A DNA stretch of 64,000 bases from a virus (IMGVR_UViG_2597490325_000001:160001-224000), one strand, 5' to 3'; shown: positions 38,857 through 48,246, numbered from the stretch's first letter. The notes: generated by a model not told the origin, from the letters alone. Numbers and translations are program-made.

Positions 38857-38885
38857 CCCTATACCTTCATAAAGAGGGTATAGGG
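38857..38885. repeat. 29-bp hairpin/terminator, right copy of the perfect inverted repeat
   Basis: ccctataccttcataaagagggtataggg. Confidence 0.9.
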
Positions 38886-38898
38886 AGTTATTTTTTTT

Positions 38899-39264
38899 TT
38901 ATTCTTCTACTTCATCAATAGTTACTTCAGTACCAATAATCGATTTATTGATTTTGATCCCTTTAGTAATAAGATTTTTAGAGATTACTTCAGAAATAGT
39001 AAGAACTAACCCATCTTTATCCATATATCGTAAGATTAAATCGATATATTCATCAGATAATTTAGATATAATAGATTTGGCTGATTTAGAAATAAGGTCA
39101 GAAATGTAAACCTCACTAATATTCATGCTATTACTATTCATCATATCTAATTCCCAATCAGCATTTTCTGACTCTAATTTGATTAGAAAGAAAAGTAAAG
39201 CGAAATCTTTCTCGAAATTAGGTGTAAAAGCTGGTTTTAGTACAACTTTACGTCTCCAGAACAT
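38899..39264 (-). CDS. Hypothetical protein
   Basis: TAATG coupling with the upstream gene, gagg RBS. Confidence 0.7.
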   Translation of the reverse strand: MFWRRKVVLKPAFTPNFEKDFALLFFLIKLESENADWELDMMNSNSMNISEVYISDLISKSAKSIISKLSDEYIDLILRYMDKDGLVLTISEVISKNLITKGIKINKSIIGTEVTIDEVEE

Positions 39265-40151
39265 TATTCATCATCCTCAAGCTGTTCAGACAAAGATTTG
39301 TTTTTCTTTTTAGGAGGTTTAGGAATTTTGACAGATTTCTTAGGAATAATCACTTCTTCCTCGTCATCTTCATCGTCCTCTTCTACTTCTTCAATATCAT
39401 TAACAGAGCCTTCTGTACTAGAAGGTTTTTTGGCATCAATAATATTAACTTCTTCATCATCTATTTTCTCTATTTCTGGTAGAAGAACCTGATCATAATC
39501 AGCTTCATCATATTCATCATAGAGTTCAGGATTAATAACAGTTAAATTCTTTCTAGCATTTTCTATAGTTATTTCACTAGTATTTTTAAGCCTAGTGATT
39601 TTTTCTAAATGCTCATCCGTTAGATAAGCTTTATGATCTTGTGCAAAAGCATCATACTTACCAAATACATCACTATTCTTAATAAAATACTTTCCAGCAT
39701 GCATCATTTGATGCGCAGTAACAGTTAAAGGTACTAAACCTACTTTATTAGAAAAATGTAAATCCATTACTTCATTAGCTATGCTAAATCTAGTAAATGG
39801 TCTATCCAAAGTAAGATATTTAGTTAAAATTACATCCACTATATCATATAAAGTAAATGGCATATGGTGCATTTCAATTTTTAATGCTGATGCAACTTCT
39901 TCTGGAATTCTATCAAACAAAGTACAATAGGTTAAATTAACTTCATTTCTCAAGTACCCGATATAGTTTCTATATTCTATAGAAGTGCGTATAATTCGTT
40001 CAATACTTTTGATGAATTTTTCTTTATTCTTTTCATTGGTGAGAAGTTCTAAATCATTATAAAATGATTTACTCCTATATAAATTAAATAATGGCTTAAA
40101 TTGCTTTTCTTTTTGTTTAGCTTTATTAACTCGTATTCCTATAGTACCCAT
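39264..40151 (-). CDS. HNH-like (His-Me finger) protein, paralog of 41525..42202
   Basis: IEMHHMPFTLYDI...HFSNKVGLVPLTVTAHQMMH; acidic and basic tail. Confidence 0.6.
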   Translation of the reverse strand: MGTIGIRVNKAKQKEKQFKPLFNLYRSKSFYNDLELLTNEKNKEKFIKSIERIIRTSIEYRNYIGYLRNEVNLTYCTLFDRIPEEVASALKIEMHHMPFTLYDIVDVILTKYLTLDRPFTRFSIANEVMDLHFSNKVGLVPLTVTAHQMMHAGKYFIKNSDVFGKYDAFAQDHKAYLTDEHLEKITRLKNTSEITIENARKNLTVINPELYDEYDEADYDQVLLPEIEKIDDEEVNIIDAKKPSSTEGSVNDIEEVEEDDEDDEEEVIIPKKSVKIPKPPKKKNKSLSEQLEDDE

Positions 40152-40152
40152 A

Positions 40153-40671
40153 TCAAGACCTATCTGCTATAGCTTTCTGTAATAACCTAACATTCTTATC
40201 TAAATTAGTTAGGACATCCAAAGAATAAACAAATTCATCACTATTTCCACTAGCTAGGTTGACTTTCACATTAATATTAAAAGACTGTCTAGTGGGATTT
40301 GGAGGAGTATAGTTGTATACTTGATTTTCTTTACCTGATGGTAAATCTTCCCATTTTGTTATGTGATGAACAGTATCCTTAACTATATTCTTGTATGAGA
40401 TTTTTAATTCAAATAAACCTACAAAATCATTTGAAGAAAGCTCTACGGAAGTTGAAGTAATTTTTACATTAAGGAATTCTTCTAATTTACCATTTACAAT
40501 ACATTCATAGGAAGTAACGGTATCTGTAGTAGTGGTTACGGCTCCGGTAATAGGGTCTGTAGTTTCCACTGGAAGGGGTATAAAGGAAATACTAGTAACT
40601 GGCATTACTGCATCTTCATAGTAGTTTCCGAGTTTTGCAGTTGTCGGATTCCAAGTACCTAATTCACTCAT
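40153..40671 (-). CDS. Hypothetical, possibly virion protein
   Basis: ggtgg RBS, beta-rich. Confidence 0.7.
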   Translation of the reverse strand: MSELGTWNPTTAKLGNYYEDAVMPVTSISFIPLPVETTDPITGAVTTTTDTVTSYECIVNGKLEEFLNVKITSTSVELSSNDFVGLFELKISYKNIVKDTVHHITKWEDLPSGKENQVYNYTPPNPTRQSFNINVKVNLASGNSDEFVYSLDVLTNLDKNVRLLQKAIADRS

Positions 40672-40727
40672 GTTTCCACCAAAAAAGTTAAAAATACCCT
40701 ATACTATTCAATAGTATAGGGTACTAG

Positions 40728-41084
40728 TTATTTCAAGAATTTTAGTCTATAGACTGCTCTTTGGAGGCGGGTTTCCAAGTTGTCTATTAAACTATTAACA
40801 CCTTTACTTACAGGGAAGGATTCTCTTTCTTTTTTAATATAAGATAGAAAATCACTTATGAAAGTAAGTGCATTTTTACCTGCTAAGTCTACTTCTTTTA
40901 TTGAACTAGGTACAATCAGTTGACCTATATCACCTTGATGACATTCAATAATATCATCTATATCATCACCTAATTCATTATATAAAGTTTCTAGGGCTTT
41001 ATGTTCAGAATATGATTGAGAAGATAGGTGCAACATATGTACTGCAGTTCTAACCATAAATAGACTTTTTATAAAGTCTTCCAT
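40728..41084 (-). CDS. Ferritin/Dps-like four-helix protein
   Basis: H..H..S.SYSEHKAL..LY..L....D.I.E..QG ... VYRL. Confidence 0.75.
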   Translation of the reverse strand: MEDFIKSLFMVRTAVHMLHLSSQSYSEHKALETLYNELGDDIDDIIECHQGDIGQLIVPSSIKEVDLAGKNALTFISDFLSYIKKERESFPVSKGVNSLIDNLETRLQRAVYRLKFLK

Positions 41085-41093
41085 AGCTAAACC

Positions 41094-41483
41094 TTATTTA
41101 AGAGAAGCTTTCTTTTTAACTGCAATAGATTTTACTGCTTCAAGTTGAGACTTGAAGGTTTTTAGTAAACCTTTAGCTTTATTTTCGCCTTGAATGAAAT
41201 GCGATGCACCCATACCAACAAGACCACCCATAAAATTAGAAATAAAAAGATCTACAAATTTTCTACCAATATCGCCTTTAATTCTTGATTCGGTAGCATT
41301 AAGATAATCATCAATATCTGAAATAATTTCAGTGATTCTAGACTTAGAATCAGCATTAGCAATATCTTTTTTCAAAGTACTAATAACGGTATCAGATTTA
41401 CCAGTAAAGACTAATTTAAGTGCTTCAAGAGGTCTAAAATCTTCTTGCAACAATTCTTCCACTAATACATTATCACCTAACAT
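41094..41483 (-). CDS. Probable head protein, paralog of the gene at 1..277
   Basis: LGDNVLVEELLQE / ADSKS motifs shared. Confidence 0.6.
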   Translation of the reverse strand: MLGDNVLVEELLQEDFRPLEALKLVFTGKSDTVISTLKKDIANADSKSRITEIISDIDDYLNATESRIKGDIGRKFVDLFISNFMGGLVGMGASHFIQGENKAKGLLKTFKSQLEAVKSIAVKKKASLK

Positions 41484-41524
41484 AAATTTCCCTTATGTAA
41501 TTTTACTATAAAAATTTATACTAA

Positions 41525-42202
41525 TTAAGTGTTATCTTTAGGAGATTCTTTATACTCAAGTACTTTCAAGAAATCACCTTTTACGAGGGATTTTCTTTCT
41601 ACCAATTGACGGACTATTTCTATATCAAAATCTGAGAAATAATCAGTATATTCTTTATAAAACTGCTCCCAATTACCAAATATTTGCTTTCTGGTAATAT
41701 TTAGTCTATTAAGGTGAGCTAATTGGTGCATGGTCACAGTTAATGGAACCAAACCAATTTTACCAGAAAAGTGTTCCTGAAGTACTTTATCAGCAATAAT
41801 AAAAGTGGATACTTTCTTATTATCTTCCATATACTTTTGTGTTACTACCGAACAAATAGTATATAAATTAAATGGAAAGTGATGTAATTGTATTTCTGCA
41901 TCAGAAGAAGAGATATTTTGAAAGAAAGCGTCACCGGATAATTGATCAATATCTCTTAATTCCTCAAGCCATAATTTATAATCATCATTACTTCTTATAG
42001 CTTTTTCAACAGCTCTGATGAATTTACCATATGTTCGTTCATCAATATCTTGATCGAGATACATAGTAAGGGAATATTCCTGATTCTTTCCCAATATCTC
42101 TATATTATCATCATCTGGTTCTAGATTATCTACTTCTACATCTAGAACTCTAATATCATCTTGTGATATTTCTATATCTTCTTTTTGCTTCTTTTTAGCC
42201 AT
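41525..42202 (-). CDS. HNH-like (His-Me finger) protein, paralog of 39264..40151
   Basis: IQLHHFPFNLYTI...HFSGKIGLVPLTVTMHQLAH. Confidence 0.6.
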   Translation of the reverse strand: MAKKKQKEDIEISQDDIRVLDVEVDNLEPDDDNIEILGKNQEYSLTMYLDQDIDERTYGKFIRAVEKAIRSNDDYKLWLEELRDIDQLSGDAFFQNISSSDAEIQLHHFPFNLYTICSVVTQKYMEDNKKVSTFIIADKVLQEHFSGKIGLVPLTVTMHQLAHLNRLNITRKQIFGNWEQFYKEYTDYFSDFDIEIVRQLVERKSLVKGDFLKVLEYKESPKDNT

Positions 42203-42410
42203 AATTTATAATTCCTTTTTTACAAATATATTATTTTAATGTAATCTAATAGACTTGTTGAAATGTATAAAAGATTTAGAAGTGTAATTAATGTGCTTTC
42301 ATTAATATATTATTTACATGTAATTGCTAATTCTTTGGAAATTAGAATGTTAGGCAATTCCATTTCAATAAAGTTAACTAACGTTAATCTGATAATAAGA
42401 GGATAAAGAC

Positions 42411-43400
42411 ATGCTTAAAGTTGTAGCTCATGGTGGCGATTTATCTACTGAAGAACGTGATGAAATTAACGAAGCTGCGGAAGGAAACTGTGTCTTCATT
42501 GAAGGCTTTAAGCCAGCTAATGAATATCGTGAATCCCCGTATCTTCCTCGTTATGTTTACGATATCCTTAATCGGGTATTGGATAACGGTATTAATCACC
42601 ACAACGCGCATACTATTCACCGCGCACATGAACTTCAACTACCTATTCAGGTAGTTCCAACTAAGTTCACTTCAGGTAAAGATGTTGGTTGTACTTTGCT
42701 TTTTCTGGAAATTCATGCACAGTTTAATTTGTTATACGGGCTGATCGATAACGGTGAAGCTGATTTTGAATTCCATATTCTCAATGTGGAACGAGCACCA
42801 TTAACTATTAAACGTTATATTAAAGGCTTTGAAAAAATGCCTAATGTAGTGGTGGAATTCCAGAACTTTAGTGAAGCTGCTAAAATTCATAAGATCTTAC
42901 CTATGGATGAAGGTAACAATATTGATGTTCAGAACGTATTTGATAAAGTACGCCATGATCGCCTTTCCCGTATTAAAGAGGAAGCTGAAAACGAAGGAAT
43001 TCGTCTCACTCCATTTAATCGGGCTGGCAATGAAATGATCACCCAACGTCCAGAAGGTAATCATATCATTGCTGACCGTGTTAACGGACTTTCTGAGGAA
43101 GATCAAGCTAAGCTTGACCAAATCATTAAAAAGGGTAATTCACACAAGCGCGTAACTCGTAAAGCTTCTCAACAAGAAGTGGCTGAAGATAACGAGCAGG
43201 ATATTCAGGTAGACCTGCTAGAAAAAGGTGGAGAAGAACCACCAGTAGCACCTGCTAAAAAGAATAAACGTGTCACAAAGAAAAGTGACGTCGAAGAAGT
43301 AGTTGAAGCTCCAGCTAAGAAGAAGGTTAAGAAAACTTCTACTACTGCTGAAAAGCCAGCTACCGCTGCGAAAAAAACTAAGAAGGTTGAAAAACAATGA
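42411..43400 (+). CDS. Early protein with histone-H1-like PAKK/KKTKK tail
   Basis: Early promoters at 42226 and 42305, gagga RBS. Confidence 0.8.
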   Translation: MLKVVAHGGDLSTEERDEINEAAEGNCVFIEGFKPANEYRESPYLPRYVYDILNRVLDNGINHHNAHTIHRAHELQLPIQVVPTKFTSGKDVGCTLLFLEIHAQFNLLYGLIDNGEADFEFHILNVERAPLTIKRYIKGFEKMPNVVVEFQNFSEAAKIHKILPMDEGNNIDVQNVFDKVRHDRLSRIKEEAENEGIRLTPFNRAGNEMITQRPEGNHIIADRVNGLSEEDQAKLDQIIKKGNSHKRVTRKASQQEVAEDNEQDIQVDLLEKGGEEPPVAPAKKNKRVTKKSDVEEVVEAPAKKKVKKTSTTAEKPATAAKKTKKVEKQ

Positions 43401-43693
43401 TTGTACCAATTATCATTCATCCAAATGAAACTAATGATTCATTTGGCGTTTCTGTTCCAGGTCTCAAGGGCTGTTTTTCAGCTGGAGATACTTTGGAAGA
43501 AGCTACACAAAATGTTGCTGAAGCGTTAGATCTTTATGTAGAACATTGTCATGAAGAAGAAATTAACGTTAATGGTAATGGTAAAGTGATGATTAATACT
43601 AATATTGAACACGCCTTTGATCAATCTGAAGGCGGTATCGTTGTTTGTATTATGTATGAAAATGACGATGCGGTTTCGGTAGATATTAGTTAA
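43397..43693 (+). CDS. hicB: HicB-family antitoxin N-terminal domain (orphan)
   Basis: PIIIH....SFGVSVPGLKGCFSAGDTLEEATQNVAEALDLYVE. Confidence 0.85.
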   Translation: MIVPIIIHPNETNDSFGVSVPGLKGCFSAGDTLEEATQNVAEALDLYVEHCHEEEINVNGNGKVMINTNIEHAFDQSEGGIVVCIMYENDDAVSVDIS

Positions 43694-43700
43694 TTTTACC

Positions 43701-43738
43701 AATCTAGGGGAAAGGATTATCCCCTAGATTTTTTTTTT
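43701..43738. terminator. Terminator between convergent genes
   Basis: aatctagggga-loop-tcccctagatt plus T-tract. Confidence 0.75.
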
Positions 43739-43739
43739 A

Positions 43740-44606
43740 TTAGTTTATCATTACATTTGAACCTTGATGAACTATCTTAGCGCCACTACTATTTTGAGTG
43801 GTTACAGTACCAGCTCCATCATCCATTACAGTAGAATTACCGCCACTAGTCTGAATAGTAATTTTTTTCTCTTTGTCATCCAATCTAGATACATGGCCAC
43901 CTGTAGTTTTAACTTCAATAAATTGCTCTTTATCAGATAAAACTACATGATTATCTTTCTCAGTCTTCATCTGCACATATTGATTAAGCTCATCAATATT
44001 CAGTAAAAACCCTTTAGGTGTAGTAGCTATAATAGATTTCTTACCAGCATTACCAGCGATAGTAAATTCAAAACCATCTGATGTTTTAATACCGTACTCT
44101 CTAGTTCCACCATTTTCATTATAATAGATAGTGGTTCCATCAGCAAATGATTCAATCACATGAACGTTTGGTTTATTGCTTGGGTTAAACGAATCAGATG
44201 CCATATTAATAGTATCTTGAGAAACTGTTTCGCCATTTAATGTAGGTCTATATGGTAAATAATACCCTTTTTTTGGATCACCGTCTTCAAATTCAACCCA
44301 TACGTTAGCCCCTAAATATGGAACCCTACTATTACCGCTAGAGTTTACTGTAGGTCTTACCCATATGTAGTTAGATCTTTGTAAACTGGTATTAATCATA
44401 GATGTAATTTCTGGGTTCGCTATACCAGACGTACCAGTAGTTTCAACTTTGTCCTTTTTAGCGGGTTTGTTAGGGTCTTCAAATGGCATAAGCGATGGAA
44501 TAACTACACCAATTCGACTTTCACCTTTAGGGTCTTCTCTTACAACCACAACCCCTCTTTTTCTACCCTCGTAGCTTATTTCCTGATATTGTTTTGATAG
44601 GTTCAT
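43740..44606 (-). CDS. Baseplate hub/spike protein, gp5/VgrG/gpV-like
   Basis: GVVV..EDP..ESRIGV.IP, VP..GA.VWVEFEDGDP OB fold, then beta-helix repeats; late promoter at 44629-44640. Confidence 0.8.
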   Translation of the reverse strand: MNLSKQYQEISYEGRKRGVVVVREDPKGESRIGVVIPSLMPFEDPNKPAKKDKVETTGTSGIANPEITSMINTSLQRSNYIWVRPTVNSSGNSRVPYLGANVWVEFEDGDPKKGYYLPYRPTLNGETVSQDTINMASDSFNPSNKPNVHVIESFADGTTIYYNENGGTREYGIKTSDGFEFTIAGNAGKKSIIATTPKGFLLNIDELNQYVQMKTEKDNHVVLSDKEQFIEVKTTGGHVSRLDDKEKKITIQTSGGNSTVMDDGAGTVTTQNSSGAKIVHQGSNVMIN

Positions 44607-44714
44607 ATAAAAACTCCTTATAGTTTAACAATTATTTGTTGTAAGTATAATATTTTATATACTAGTTATTGATATATTATATTATTGATAGCTATTTTGT
44701 CTGAAAGGAATATT

Positions 44715-46148
44715 ATGGTATTCAAAAAACTAAAAAGTGCTATAGATAAAAAGAAGGAAGATACAGTCAAACCTGAGAACAGGAATGAAGAACTTATTTC
44801 AGTAAATGATTCTGACAGTTATGGTGCATGGACAGATAAAGGTTTTGACATATCCACTGTACCTAATGTAGCCAACAAACCTGTAAGTGCTGAAGATATT
44901 GAAGGAATTCCCAGAGAATGTTCTGGTATACCTTATCCCTTGAGTAATGAACAGTATAGAGCTGTCAAGAATATCATTAAATGGATTAATGATGTATCAA
45001 GTTATCTTAGTACTTCATATGATTATGAAGCTCCATTTAGAAGACTAGCTGGCTATGCTGGTACTGGTAAGACTGCTTGTATTTCATATTTACTTACTGA
45101 GGGTTATAAATATTTTCCTTCATATATGAGAGAAAAAGAAATTGCAGTATGTACCTTTACATGGAAAGCCGCATTAGTTCTTCAATCTAGAGGGATTGAT
45201 AAAGCATCTAGTATTCATGGATTACTTTATAAACCTCAAGAAAACGATAAAGGTGAATTATACTTTGTTAGACGTGATAAATTCGAAGTCATGTCAGCAT
45301 ATAGTATGATTGTAGTTGATGAAGCATCAATGGTTGATCGTAAGATGCGAAAAGATATTCAATCTTATGGAATACCAGTACTTTATGTAGGTGATAAAGG
45401 TCAACTTCCGCCAATTTCTAATAACCCTGCTGATGCATTAATTGATAATAATTTTATGGCTGAAGCAGAGGATTCTCTAGAAGAAATCAACCGTCAGGCT
45501 AAAGATTCTCCTATCATTCGTTTGTCTATGGATATCCGTAATGGTAAAAGAGTAAACTATGGTAAGTACGGTAAAGGCGTATTTAAAATAACTGAAGATG
45601 AATTAATTGAAGATCAAAATGATCTTCTTCCTATGATGTCTCAAATTATATGCGGTACCAATGATTGTCGTAGAGCCGCTAATAGCTTTATGCGCCGATT
45701 ATATGGCTATAATCGTAAACGTATGCCAGTAAAAGGTGAAAAACTTATAGGTCTTTCCAATGTTTTAGATAAGGGTTTATATAATGGTCAAGCATGGTTA
45801 TGTGATGACGAGGATGCAAGTTCTTACTCACTATCTGATAGTAAGAACGTAAGTCTTTCTTTAGCTTCTCCAGATAACTCGGATAGACGTCTTATACATT
45901 GTATTTTTCCAGAAGATAATCTATTTAAATCTGAAAGAATGTCTGAAGCTCAGATTTTTAAATATTTAAAAGATATGGAAATCTACTCAGTTGATTTCGG
46001 ATACTGTATTACTTGCCATAAATCACAGGGTTCATCCTTTGATAAGGTACTGGTATTTGAAGAAAAGATTGGAGATCGTGACTTCCATAAAAAATGGCTG
46101 TATACCAGTGTAACTCGTGCTGTATCAAAGCTAGTCATTGTGAGTTAA
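44715..46148 (+). CDS. SF1B helicase, Dda/RecD-like
   Basis: LSNEQ, GYAGTGKT, VDEASM, GDKGQLPP, RQ, TCHKSQGS, LYTSVTRA; early promoter at 44672. Confidence 0.9.
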   Translation: MVFKKLKSAIDKKKEDTVKPENRNEELISVNDSDSYGAWTDKGFDISTVPNVANKPVSAEDIEGIPRECSGIPYPLSNEQYRAVKNIIKWINDVSSYLSTSYDYEAPFRRLAGYAGTGKTACISYLLTEGYKYFPSYMREKEIAVCTFTWKAALVLQSRGIDKASSIHGLLYKPQENDKGELYFVRRDKFEVMSAYSMIVVDEASMVDRKMRKDIQSYGIPVLYVGDKGQLPPISNNPADALIDNNFMAEAEDSLEEINRQAKDSPIIRLSMDIRNGKRVNYGKYGKGVFKITEDELIEDQNDLLPMMSQIICGTNDCRRAANSFMRRLYGYNRKRMPVKGEKLIGLSNVLDKGLYNGQAWLCDDEDASSYSLSDSKNVSLSLASPDNSDRRLIHCIFPEDNLFKSERMSEAQIFKYLKDMEIYSVDFGYCITCHKSQGSSFDKVLVFEEKIGDRDFHKKWLYTSVTRAVSKLVIVS

Positions 46149-46150
46149 GT

Positions 46151-46828
46151 ATGAATAGTAAGGAATTTGATAAAATATTAAGAGAAAAATATAATCTCTT
46201 AGAATTTGAAGAATTGTCTGAGCTGACTGGTAAAGCTGTAAATACTGTTCAGAAAAGGATAAAGCTTCTTGGTTTAGAACCGGATTATACTTTAAGACAT
46301 AATCTGAAAAAATTCAAGCCCGTAATTTATAATGATATCATTTATAATAGATATCTGATAAGTAGAAAAGGGATTATACTAGATCTAAATAATAGAGGTA
46401 AAACGATTAAATATCGTATCAACTCTGGCGGTTATTATGTTTTTAATATAAAAGATAATGGAAAATTAAAAACCTTATTTTTACATAAGGTGATTGCTGA
46501 AGTCTATAAACCTAACCCTAAGCCGGGAATCTATAATACAGTCAATCATAAATCTGGAATTAAAACTGATTTCGATTTAGATAACTTAGAATGGACTACC
46601 CGTAAAGGTAATACTGATCATGCCTATGAAACCGGACTTATGGATTCTAAGATAGGTGAGAAAAGTAATTTTTCCAAATTCTCTAATGAAGAGATTAAGT
46701 TAGCTAAAAAACTTTTAGATCAATTTCCAGATATGTCTCCTTCAAAAATTAAGTCTACTTATAAACTTCCAATGTCGGCTAGTTATTTAACCGATATACG
46801 TAATGGTAGAAGGGTCAAATATACATAG
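46151..46828 (+). CDS. Free-standing HNH homing endonuclease
   Basis: Y.IS..G.I, GYY, LHKVIAEVY.PNP, VNHKSGIKTD....NLEW.T...N..HA. Confidence 0.85.
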   Translation: MNSKEFDKILREKYNLLEFEELSELTGKAVNTVQKRIKLLGLEPDYTLRHNLKKFKPVIYNDIIYNRYLISRKGIILDLNNRGKTIKYRINSGGYYVFNIKDNGKLKTLFLHKVIAEVYKPNPKPGIYNTVNHKSGIKTDFDLDNLEWTTRKGNTDHAYETGLMDSKIGEKSNFSKFSNEEIKLAKKLLDQFPDMSPSKIKSTYKLPMSASYLTDIRNGRRVKYT

Positions 46829-46869
46829 ATTAACTGTAATCGTAACTTAATCAATGATATATTATTTAT

Positions 46870-46997
46870 GTGAATTTGTGGTAAAATTCTGTTTTGTATT
46901 TTCCTATAGAATACATTTTAATTTCCCTTTGTGTCTGCGCCCAACGACGCAGTTTCTGGTACAATAAGGACTCTCCCTTATTGTACCATTTTTTTTT
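46870..46997 (+). ncRNA. Candidate early small RNA (about 125 nt)
   Basis: Early promoter at 46857-46865, three hairpins, terminator at 46957-46988, no usable ORF. Confidence 0.5.
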
Positions 46998-47753
46998 TTA
47001 TTTAGTTCTAGTCGGTTTGTAAGTACCGTTAGCCACATCTTTTAGATAAGGTTTATACTTAGTCGATCTAATATACATAATATTCTTAGGGTATTCTCTA
47101 TTAATCTGGAAGAAGGATTTACCATAGCCTTTTACAGCTACCTTTGATTTAGTAGAATACTTTTCAATATTATTGAACCACAAGTCAGGATTGCAACCCT
47201 TAGTATTTTTACAGATAGCTCTATCTTTTAGAATACCACCATAACCACCATTGTAGCAGCTGAACATCATAGCCATTCTATCTTCAGCCTTACCAGCCCA
47301 TTTTACCTGATTATAGCAAGTACGGTTCAATGTAAACATAGCAATAAACTGATAATATGGATCATAACGCTGAGACCATTCCCAATTCTTTAATTTAGCG
47401 TTCTGTTGTTTTAGACCAGTAAAGTTATTGAATTTAGAAGTGATAGTTATCTGAGGTATACCAAAACCATATTCTCTAGAGGTTTTAAGTTCTGTAGTAG
47501 GATTCCAGCACTTAGCTTTACTTGCACAAGATTCTTGTTCAGCTTGTCCAGCAAAATAATGAGAATTATGATTCATTGAAGGCCAATCATTAACAATGGC
47601 ATCTTTAAATGATGGTAAAGACTGCTTAAACTTAGTATCATTAATAACATCATAAGCTCTAGCATTACTCAGCATAGAAAGAAAAAGCATTGCACAAGCT
47701 ATTAGTGTAGTCTGTAAAAGTATTCTCCACCAATTTATTTTTTTCTTTTTCAT
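46998..47753 (-). CDS. Endolysin, lytic transglycosylase (SLT) with N-terminal signal/SAR segment
   Basis: Start likely 47753 (MKKKKINWW plus hydrophobic helix); GQAEQES catalytic Glu, GFGIPQ, YNGGYG, INREYP. Confidence 0.85.
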   Translation of the reverse strand: MKKKKINWWRILLQTTLIACAMLFLSMLSNARAYDVINDTKFKQSLPSFKDAIVNDWPSMNHNSHYFAGQAEQESCASKAKCWNPTTELKTSREYGFGIPQITITSKFNNFTGLKQQNAKLKNWEWSQRYDPYYQFIAMFTLNRTCYNQVKWAGKAEDRMAMMFSCYNGGYGGILKDRAICKNTKGCNPDLWFNNIEKYSTKSKVAVKGYGKSFFQINREYPKNIMYIRSTKYKPYLKDVANGTYKPTRTK

Positions 47754-47807
47754 TACTAATACCTTAAATTTAACGCTAAAAGGATTTTTCACCTTTTAGC
47801 GTTAGTT

Positions 47808-48158
47808 TTATACAATTTTCAACATATCCATCAGTTTCGCTAAGATAAAGATAATAGAAGCGAATACGATAGCTGCTGCAATAGGTTCTGTTTTTGCGGT
47901 ATTATACAGCTCTAATAGTGACATATCAGGGAAGAAAATACCTCTCAGGAAGTGCGCGAACCATACAGCTAGTACTGAGATAGCTACAGAGGTAAGTAAC
48001 CCACTAAACTGAGCAAAGTTATCATTTCCGCCACCATAAAGGAACAGACCCACAATTAAGAATACCGGAATAAAGTTAATTAGTTCTTTAGTCCAGTTTA
48101 CTTTAATTTCTGGTTTCTGGAAGTGCTTAAACTTCCTTTTACCAACTTTTTTTTCCAT
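47808..48158 (-). CDS. Putative holin (3 TM)
   Basis: Three hydrophobic helices, directly upstream of the endolysin; late promoter at 48188-48200. Confidence 0.65.
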   Translation of the reverse strand: MEKKVGKRKFKHFQKPEIKVNWTKELINFIPVFLIVGLFLYGGGNDNFAQFSGLLTSVAISVLAVWFAHFLRGIFFPDMSLLELYNTAKTEPIAAAIVFASIIFILAKLMDMLKIV

Positions 48159-48246
48159 CGGTTTTTCCTTAGTTAATCATGAAATAACTAAAGAACTGTT
48201 AGAAAATAAAACACCCCATATCCACTTTTAAGGATATGGGGTAAAT

